Sequence record: SRR22947725_847
DNA: 34,283 nucleotides
Direction: 5' to 3' (one strand)
Notes under the pieces: model-generated
Databases searched by the model: none
Told to the model about the DNA's origin: nothing
Seen by the model: the letters and a program-made list of their open reading frames with translations, nothing else
Position numbers and translations under genes: made by a program
Shown: positions 17,932 through 24,932 of the stretch, one piece after another
Layout of the letters: every line of letters begins with the position of its first letter
Numbering within the stretch: the stretch's first letter is position 1

Positions 17932-20844
17932 ATGAAACATTCCCTCAATCAATGGCTTAAGAATGTGACTTTGCACAGGTTGATGCCATCTTCCTGTCGC
18001 ATCCTTCCATTTGTTTTGCTTTTAGGAGTGACGGTTCATGCCGATGACTCGAAACTGTTTCTGGAGAAGGTCGCGCCCATGCTCGAGACGCATTGCTTGC
18101 GCTGTCATTACCCCGGTAACGAAGAAGGAGATGTTTCGCTTGCAACACCTGATGACTTGCGTGACGGAGGTTACCTTGATGTGCGGAACGGAGATCAATC
18201 CCATTTGTTGGACCTGGTCGAGCCCGTGAGTGCAGGGAAGAAACCGGAGATGCCCGAAGACGGCGATCCTTTGTCCTCTGAACAGGTAGAGGTTTTGCGG
18301 AAATGGGTGGTTCAGGGGGCTCTCTGGCCTGAAGGCAAGGTCCTCAAGGAAGCTTCTCAGGCAGATGCATCCTGGTGGGCCTTTCAAGCGCTGAGAGAAG
18401 TGAGCGTCCCTGATGTCACGAAAGCTCCAGTTTCATGGAAACTAAATCCAGTCGATGCGTTTATTTTCGAGGAACTTCAAAACCAGCATTTATCACCTTC
18501 AATGCCCACCAGTCGCAGGCAGTTGATCAGGAGGCTTTGTTTCGATATCACTGGTTTGCCCCCTTCAGTGGAGCAGGTCAAGCGATTTGTCGGTGATCCT
18601 TCACCTGATGCGTATGAGCATCTGGTGGATCGACTCCTGGCTTCGCCGCATTACGGGGAACGATGGGGGAGGCACTGGTTGGATGTCATACGTTTTGGTG
18701 AAAGTCGCGGGTTTGAGCGTAACGAAATCATTCGAAATGCCTGGCCTTTCCGTGACTACGTCATCCGTTCTTTTAACCAGGACAAGCCCTTGAACAGACT
18801 GATCAAGGAGCATCTTGCCGGTGACCAGCTCGGCCCCAATCAACCTGATGTCGAAATTGGAACCACTTTCCTTGTTTGTGGTCCATATGATGATGTGGGA
18901 AATCAGGATCCCGCTCAGGCTGCTCAGATCCGCGCTAACACCATTGATGAAATGATTCGTGCCAGCTCCGAAGCCTTTCTTGGCCTGACCGTAGGTTGCG
19001 CGCGTTGTCATCACCATAAATTCGATCCCATCTCTCAGGAAGACTATTACCGGTGGTATGCGACTTTTGCGGGAGTACGCCATGGTTCGCGTGAAATTGC
19101 CAGCAATGCAGAACGCGAGCAACGCAAGAGAATGATGGAGCCACTGGACGCTGAACGAAATGGTTTGGCAAAGGAGAAAGAGAGACTTGAAATTGTCATC
19201 CTGAAGCGTGCGGAAATGAAAAAAGATTTGTTTGCCGAATCCTGGACAAGAGACCCGATCAAGCGAACGGGAGTTGAAGAACGGTTTGAAAAGCGGTTTG
19301 CAAAATATGTTCGACTGATCGTGGAAGGCACCGAAAGCAATCCATACGCAAGTTCAGGTTATGGGATCGACGAATTCGAAGTATGGAGCTCAGGAAAAGC
19401 GGGGCAGAATGTTGCGTCACTCGCTTTGGGGGGATTCGCAAAGGGTGCAAGCCGTATTGCAGAAGATTTTGTGAAGGCATACAGTGCGCAGTTGACGATT
19501 GACGGTGAATACGGAGCCCGCTGGATTGCTCGGGGGTCTGAACTGAGCATCACACTTTCCAAACCAACTGAAATCGATCGTATTTATTTTTCCAGTGACA
19601 GAGGCGGCGATGCAGGCAATCAGTCGGTTGCCAATTTTGTCTCTGAGTATCGACTGGAAGTTTCGTCAGACGGTGAGCAATGGGAAAAGGTGGCGGACTC
19701 TCACGACCGTCAACCCGTCAATGATGCACATCGCAAGTGGCGTTGGATGATGATGGAGCAAACGAGTGAGGAACGGCAGCAATTGAAGGGGCTGGATCTT
19801 GCCATCGCACGACTGGATCGCGAGCGCAAGGATGTGCCTGAACTGCCCCGCTGGTGGGCCGGAAATTTCACTGGTATTGAAGAATCAACCTACGTATTCA
19901 TCGGAGGAAATCCTCAGCGTAAAGGTAAGGAAGTTGTGCCTGCGAGCCTCTCTGCTTTCGATGCAACCTCTGAAGGTTACCGCCTTGATCCGGGGGCTGC
20001 CGAAGGAAAAAGGCGGTTGGCGCTTGCCAATTGGCTCGTGTCCGGCGAGAACCCATTGACCCCGCGGGTGTGGGTGAATCGCATCTGGCAAAAACACTTT
20101 GGCCATGGCCTGGTCAGTACTCCAAGTGATTTTGGTGTCATGGGAAGTCAGCCAAGTCATGCGGATTTGCTGGATTGGTTGGCAGGTCAGCTTTTGGACA
20201 ATGGATGGCGCATGAAACCGCTCCACAAATTATTGGTGATGTCTCAAGCGTATCGACAGTCTTCCACTTTTCGATCCGATGCTGCTCGTGCAGATGCAGA
20301 TTCCAAATTTCTCTGGCGATTCCCACCTCGTCGGCTTTCTGCAGAGGAGATTCGTGATTCCATGCTGAAAGTATCGGGAGTGCTCAAGGTGGAAATGGGG
20401 GGGGCTGGTTTCAAGTTATACCGCTATCTTCAAGATAATGTCGCTACCTACCAGCCCTTGGATCATCATGGTTCTGAAACTTATCGGCGCGGTATTTATC
20501 ATCACAATGCACGCGCGGCCATTGTTGATCTGATGACGGAATTTGATTGTCCAGATCCAGCTTTTCCTGCGCCGAGACGAGCCTCTACCACCACACCGCT
20601 TCAGGCGCTAACCCTGTTGAATCACTCTTTTACACTCGACATGGCAAAAGCACTTTCAAATCAATTAGATCAAGATTCAGCAGGCGATGATGAGCGTTGG
20701 GTTACGCTTGCCTATTCGAGATCCTATGGGAGAAACCCTACAGAAAGTGAATTGCAAAAAGCACTGGCTTTCAAAGCAAACTTGGGAGGTGTCCTCTTTT
20801 GCCGGGCATTGTTTAATTCCAATGAATTTATCCACATTGATTGA
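17932..20844 (+). CDS. Planctomycete cytochrome c (PSCyt1) + DUF1549 (PSCyt2) + DUF1553 (PSD1) protein with an inserted discoidin-like domain
   Basis: CLRCH...MPED, WWAFQ, LIRRLCFDITGLPP, YGERWGRHWLDV, CARCHHHKFDP, NPLTPRVWVNRIWQKHFG, TPLQALTLLN and NSNEF. ATG 17932 avoids overlap with the sulfatase gene. Confidence 0.92.
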   Translation: MKHSLNQWLKNVTLHRLMPSSCRILPFVLLLGVTVHADDSKLFLEKVAPMLETHCLRCHYPGNEEGDVSLATPDDLRDGGYLDVRNGDQSHLLDLVEPVSAGKKPEMPEDGDPLSSEQVEVLRKWVVQGALWPEGKVLKEASQADASWWAFQALREVSVPDVTKAPVSWKLNPVDAFIFEELQNQHLSPSMPTSRRQLIRRLCFDITGLPPSVEQVKRFVGDPSPDAYEHLVDRLLASPHYGERWGRHWLDVIRFGESRGFERNEIIRNAWPFRDYVIRSFNQDKPLNRLIKEHLAGDQLGPNQPDVEIGTTFLVCGPYDDVGNQDPAQAAQIRANTIDEMIRASSEAFLGLTVGCARCHHHKFDPISQEDYYRWYATFAGVRHGSREIASNAEREQRKRMMEPLDAERNGLAKEKERLEIVILKRAEMKKDLFAESWTRDPIKRTGVEERFEKRFAKYVRLIVEGTESNPYASSGYGIDEFEVWSSGKAGQNVASLALGGFAKGASRIAEDFVKAYSAQLTIDGEYGARWIARGSELSITLSKPTEIDRIYFSSDRGGDAGNQSVANFVSEYRLEVSSDGEQWEKVADSHDRQPVNDAHRKWRWMMMEQTSEERQQLKGLDLAIARLDRERKDVPELPRWWAGNFTGIEESTYVFIGGNPQRKGKEVVPASLSAFDATSEGYRLDPGAAEGKRRLALANWLVSGENPLTPRVWVNRIWQKHFGHGLVSTPSDFGVMGSQPSHADLLDWLAGQLLDNGWRMKPLHKLLVMSQAYRQSSTFRSDAARADADSKFLWRFPPRRLSAEEIRDSMLKVSGVLKVEMGGAGFKLYRYLQDNVATYQPLDHHGSETYRRGIYHHNARAAIVDLMTEFDCPDPAFPAPRRASTTTPLQALTLLNHSFTLDMAKALSNQLDQDSAGDDERWVTLAYSRSYGRNPTESELQKALAFKANLGGVLFCRALFNSNEFIHID

Positions 20845-20859
20845 TCAGTCATTCAAAGC

Positions 20860-22317
20860 ATGATGAAAACTCCAACACAATCCGCATGGCAGGCTCTCCG
20901 AAATAGACGCGGATTTTTACATGATGTTTACACTGGCCTGGCAGGTGTGGGCTTGACAGCCCTGTTGAGACAGGAGGGTCTCGCCGATGGTCCACGTACT
21001 TGGGAACCTGGTTTGGGGCAGACGCATCATCTGTCAAAAGCTTCGAGAGTGCTTCAGATTTTTTGTCCCGGAGCGGCCTCTCATATGGATTTGTGGGAAC
21101 ATAAGCCCGGGCTGGATCAATGGCACGGGAAGCCACTTCCCGGAGAGGAGGCCTTCCTCTCATTCCAGGGTAAAAATGGCAATCTTATGCGCAGTCCATG
21201 GCCCTTTGTTGCGAGTGGTCAAAGTGGAAAAAAGATTTCCTCGATGTTACCTTACATGGCCAGACACGTGGATGATATTGCCTTTTTTCATGGTATGCAT
21301 TCCAAGACAAACACACATGGTCCGGGATGTGTTTTCATGAACACTGGCCATCCCACCGAAGGCTTCCCAAGCACGGGAGCTTGGATGAGTTATGCTTTGG
21401 GGTCGGCCAACGAAAATCTACCGACCTATGTGGCCATCCCTGACGTAAGAGGGGAGCCCCCCAATGGAAAAGCGAATTGGAGTAATGGGTTTTTACCCGC
21501 AAGGCATCAGGCCATCTTGATGAGTGCGCAACAGCCCATTCGAAACCTGTCACGCCCAGGGGTGGTTTCTGCTTCAGAAGAACAGAGAACAAGATCATTG
21601 ATTGAGTTTTTGAACCAGCAACACGCTGAAGATCGATCCGGTGATTCCGCTCTGCAGGCGAGAATGGCTGCCTATGAATTAGCAGCACGGATGCAGCTTT
21701 CTGCTCCAGAGGTTTCGGATTTAAGTAGAGAACCAGACTCAGTGAGAAAGCTTTATGGAGTTGGGGACAGTAATACCCTCAAGGATGGTTATGCACAAAA
21801 TTGCATTCTGGCTCGGCGCTTATTGGAGCGTGGCGTACGCTATGTAAATCTTTATTGTGCATCAAGAGCCAGCGGAGTAGACGGACTGTTGAATTGGGAT
21901 GCGCACAAGACCTTGAAATCTGATTACGAGCGGCATTGTCCAATCTTTGATCAGCCAACGGCTGCTTTGCTGACGGATCTCAAACAACGTGGCATGCTGG
22001 ACGATACTTTGGTCTTATGGACGACCGAATTTGGGCGCATGCCAACACATCAGCAAGGAACTTCTGGCCGTGATCATAATCCCGACGGCTTTACATGTTG
22101 GATGGCAGGTGCGGGTGTCAAGGGCGGCATGAGTTATGGCGCGACAGATGAATTTGGTCGAAGAGCGGCTATAAATCCAACCACCGTCTGGGATTTTTAC
22201 GGAACGGTTCTTCATCTTCTTGGCTTTGATCATGAACGCCTGAGTTATTATTACAATGGATTCGATCGTCGATTAACAGACGTGCATGGTGGGGTCGTTC
22301 GTGATGTCCTGGCTTGA
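20860..22317 (+). CDS. DUF1501 family protein with Tat-like signal
   Basis: NRRGFLH, GAASHMDLWEHKP, CILARRLLERGVRYV, WDAH, EFGRMP, GRDHNP and RLTDVHG. It is the usual partner of DUF1549/1553 genes. Confidence 0.92.
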   Translation: MMKTPTQSAWQALRNRRGFLHDVYTGLAGVGLTALLRQEGLADGPRTWEPGLGQTHHLSKASRVLQIFCPGAASHMDLWEHKPGLDQWHGKPLPGEEAFLSFQGKNGNLMRSPWPFVASGQSGKKISSMLPYMARHVDDIAFFHGMHSKTNTHGPGCVFMNTGHPTEGFPSTGAWMSYALGSANENLPTYVAIPDVRGEPPNGKANWSNGFLPARHQAILMSAQQPIRNLSRPGVVSASEEQRTRSLIEFLNQQHAEDRSGDSALQARMAAYELAARMQLSAPEVSDLSREPDSVRKLYGVGDSNTLKDGYAQNCILARRLLERGVRYVNLYCASRASGVDGLLNWDAHKTLKSDYERHCPIFDQPTAALLTDLKQRGMLDDTLVLWTTEFGRMPTHQQGTSGRDHNPDGFTCWMAGAGVKGGMSYGATDEFGRRAAINPTTVWDFYGTVLHLLGFDHERLSYYYNGFDRRLTDVHGGVVRDVLA

Positions 22318-22403
22318 AGGGTTAGACGGGAACGTTCCAAACCTCACAGCACTGCGCATAGACGCTTGGGATATGTAGGTTCTTTGCGGTTCCAGTCCGC
22401 GTG

Positions 22404-22631
22404 GGTCCAAGGCTTATCTCGACCAAAAATCAAATGCGCGATCTAATGACTCTAAATTTCAAATGTCATGGGTATCCCCGTATGTTTGGCAAAGGGGAGA
22501 TCTTCGATGCATACCCACACTTCAACAAACGCACAGCGCATTTTTTTGAACGACATATGTCAGGTGAGCAAGTCAAGGCTGGCCGGGTGAATCCATCTGA
22601 TTTCGAGGAAACCGTCATGGAAAGGTATTGA
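22404..22631 (+). pseudogene. 3' remnant of a sulfatase (N-sulfoglucosamine sulfohydrolase-like C-terminus)
   Basis: The translation KNQMRDLM...GYPRMFGKGEIFDAYP...TAHFFERHMSGEQVKAGRVNPSDFE resembles the C-terminal tail I recall for this sulfatase group (GDPRMFGxGxIFDxYPY...FYERxMxGExxKAGWVNxxDFE). No catalytic domain lies upstream. Confidence 0.6.
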
Positions 22632-22703
22632 GTGTGATTTAAGTAGTCCTTCTTCTGGTATCGACAGAGCCCTCTGACCCAAATCCTTAAGGCTTGATTT
22701 CAA

Positions 22704-22734
22704 TTGACTCCCTTGAAATTGGGGAGTGTGCAAG
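22704..22734 (+). promoter_or_regulatory. Candidate MerR-family (CueR/ZntR-like) promoter-operator
   Basis: TTGACT (22704-22709) overlaps the dyad ACTCCCT-N7-GGGGAGT (22707-22727). A 19-nt spacer leads to a weak -10, TGCAAG. Confidence 0.4.
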
Positions 22735-22932
22735 CGGTTTTACTTGGGATAAGTGTATGTTGTAGCTCAAATAATTGTATCCTGGTTTAATGGTTTTCTT
22801 CGGTATTTCCTCTCGGTGAGCTTTTTACAATGCGATGATTGAGCAGTTTGATCTGCCTGAATCATTTCACGATTACTCATAATGTGATAAAAAAGATGGA
22901 AATAATTGAGCCGTGGATGTAAATTTCGTCTA

Positions 22933-23403
22933 GTGAATACACGTTATCCAAGCAAAGCCTTGATCCGACGTCTGACGGCGTCGGTCGTATGTCTTTGTTG
23001 GTTGGCGAGTTTTGTCTATTGCCAAACCTTGTGTCTGATGGGGGCAGACATGAACCACTTTAGGGATGGTTCATCCACCGAAACGTCTACCACTTGTCAT
23101 GGGGCAACAAAAACATCCTTACCTCCTTGCCATTCCAATTCGGAATCATCAGATTCAGAAGGAGGAAGCCTTTGTTGCTGTTCTGTGGATTTGATCAGTC
23201 AAAACGCACATCAAGCTGATTGGATTCAGGCTCATGATTTGTTGATTCCTCAATGTTGCCTTTTGCTGAGTATTCAGCCCGTTTCGTCCATCGAGACAAT
23301 GCTCGATTACTTGTCTTCTCAATCATGGCGTGACTGGACGCTCACACCTGAACTGTGTCTTGGGCCGGCTATTCACAGCCAGGCTCCTCCTTCTTTTTCC
23401 TAA
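22933..23403 (+). CDS. Cys/His-rich exported leader protein ending in QAPP; putative regulatory uORF or arrest peptide (DUF2946/CruR/CutF/CzcI-like layout)
   Basis: Basic then hydrophobic N-terminus (RRLTASVVCLCWLASFVYC). 12 Cys and 6 His from GTG 22933, including CH, CH, CCC and CC. C-terminus PELCLGPAIHSQAPPSFS*. Lies directly upstream of the efflux operon. Alternative start TTG 22906. Confidence 0.75.
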   Translation: MNTRYPSKALIRRLTASVVCLCWLASFVYCQTLCLMGADMNHFRDGSSTETSTTCHGATKTSLPPCHSNSESSDSEGGSLCCCSVDLISQNAHQADWIQAHDLLIPQCCLLLSIQPVSSIETMLDYLSSQSWRDWTLTPELCLGPAIHSQAPPSFS

Positions 23404-23540
23404 TCTTCCACTTCTTGTTGTGACCACCTGTTTTCCTGTGGTCTTGGATTTTAATTAATCTGCCAGAGACTGACGTTTCGTCGGTCTGGCAAGTCATTCG
23501 AGCCTTCATAGAATCGTTCGATTGATGATGAGGTTTCCCG
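23404..23540 (+). promoter_or_regulatory. Structured leader between the uORF and cusC
   Basis: Hairpins GACCAC/GTGGTC (23422-23443) and TGCCA-ga-GACTGACG-ttt-CGTCGGTC-TGGCA (23461-23491). GCCTTCAT (23502-23509) can pair with ATGAGGT (23528-23534), which contains the SD-like GAGGT. Confidence 0.5.
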
Positions 23541-24932
23541 ATGAATATACAAAATTTACTTAATCCAATTTGGAGCCTAGTTCCAAGTGTCCTGATGTTG
23601 GGCTGTGCCACGTCTGTTTCCAATTCCTATGATCATAGAAATGGGATGACCGATAAAATGCCTCAATTGAACCCAACAGCATCCATTTCCGATCAAAGAA
23701 TCGAAATGGAACTACAGTATTCCTTAGAAGGTTATTTGGAATATGCAGCATTACAAAATGCTGGATTGCGTTCTAAGTTTTTACAATGGAAGGCGGCTCT
23801 TGAACGAATTCCACAGGTTTATTCACTACCCGATCCTAAATTCAACTATGGTTATTACATCAGCGAAGTGGAGACACGTGTGGGCCCGCAAAATCACCGT
23901 GTTGGGATTGCTCAAACCTTTCCTTGGTTCGGTAAGTTAGGTTTGAGAAATGATAAAGCCTCAGAGGAAGCCAAAATTGCAAAAGAACGTTTTGATGCCG
24001 AAAAGGTGCGGCTTTTTTACCAAGTGAAAGCTGCTTATTACGAATACTATTACTTGGGCAAGGCAATTGACATTACACACCAAAACATTGAATTGCTGAA
24101 AAATCTCGAAGGCGTGGCTCAGGCGAAAGTGCGCGCAGGAAGCGGGATAGGTGGCGTTATGCAGGCCCAGATTGAAATTGGCAAATTGGAAGACCGATTG
24201 AAGGCGTTGAATGAAATGCGCCTTCCTGTTTTGGGGAAACTAAATGTCGCCGTTGGTTTAAAAATCGAGAGCCATTTACCCATACCAAAAGCCATTACAT
24301 ACTCGCCGGTTTCGATTGATTGGGATCTGTTGCCTTCATTCATCAATCAATCCAATCACAAGGTGAAACGGCTGACGCATCAGGTGACAACAAGATCCAT
24401 TGATGTCGCACTAGCCAAAAAACAATTCTATCCCGATGTGCAGCTGGGCGTGGATTACATTGCTACTGGGGAATCTGTTAATCCTGGTGTGTCGGACAGT
24501 GGAAAGGATCCTGTGATGGCAATGTTTTCAGTGAATATTCCTTTGTGGTACGGAAAAAAGCGTGCCGCTCTTGCCGAAGCGGAATACCAGTATCATGCAT
24601 CCATAGCCGACCTTGAGAATTCAAGGAATCAACTCAATGCTGATCTGAAAATGGCGTTATTTGAATTTAAAGATGCTGAACGAAAATTCATATTATATCA
24701 AACGACACTCACAACCCTGGCCAGGAATTCACTGAATGTTGCGCGTGAATCTTATGAAGGGGGGCGTGTAGAATTTTCTGAACTTATCGATGCTCAACGC
24801 CTGTTGCTCGAATTTCAACTATCCATTGAACGAGCGCGTACGGATCACGAAATCAGTCTTGCGAAAATTGAACGAATCCTTGGTAGAAAATTACCCCAGT
24901 CTCAGGAAATGGAGGGAAGTCCTAAATTATGA
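23541..24932 (+). CDS. cusC: TolC-family outer membrane factor of a heavy-metal RND system (CusC/SilC role), lipoprotein
   Basis: Lipobox VLMLGC. OMF repeats (SLPDP, QTFPWFGKL, FYPDVQLG, NIPLWYGK, ELIDAQR). First gene of an OMF-MFP-RND operon. Confidence 0.88.
   Translation: MNIQNLLNPIWSLVPSVLMLGCATSVSNSYDHRNGMTDKMPQLNPTASISDQRIEMELQYSLEGYLEYAALQNAGLRSKFLQWKAALERIPQVYSLPDPKFNYGYYISEVETRVGPQNHRVGIAQTFPWFGKLGLRNDKASEEAKIAKERFDAEKVRLFYQVKAAYYEYYYLGKAIDITHQNIELLKNLEGVAQAKVRAGSGIGGVMQAQIEIGKLEDRLKALNEMRLPVLGKLNVAVGLKIESHLPIPKAITYSPVSIDWDLLPSFINQSNHKVKRLTHQVTTRSIDVALAKKQFYPDVQLGVDYIATGESVNPGVSDSGKDPVMAMFSVNIPLWYGKKRAALAEAEYQYHASIADLENSRNQLNADLKMALFEFKDAERKFILYQTTLTTLARNSLNVARESYEGGRVEFSELIDAQRLLLEFQLSIERARTDHEISLAKIERILGRKLPQSQEMEGSPKL

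Noticed and set aside
17253-17948. 231-aa minus-strand ORF
   Set aside because: It is an antisense shadow of the well-supported sulfatase and has no recognisable motifs.
22867-22887. Imperfect dyad TCACGATTA-CTCA-TAATGTGA upstream of the leader ORF
   Set aside because: It needs a bulge, lies in AT-rich DNA and matches no regulator box I can name.
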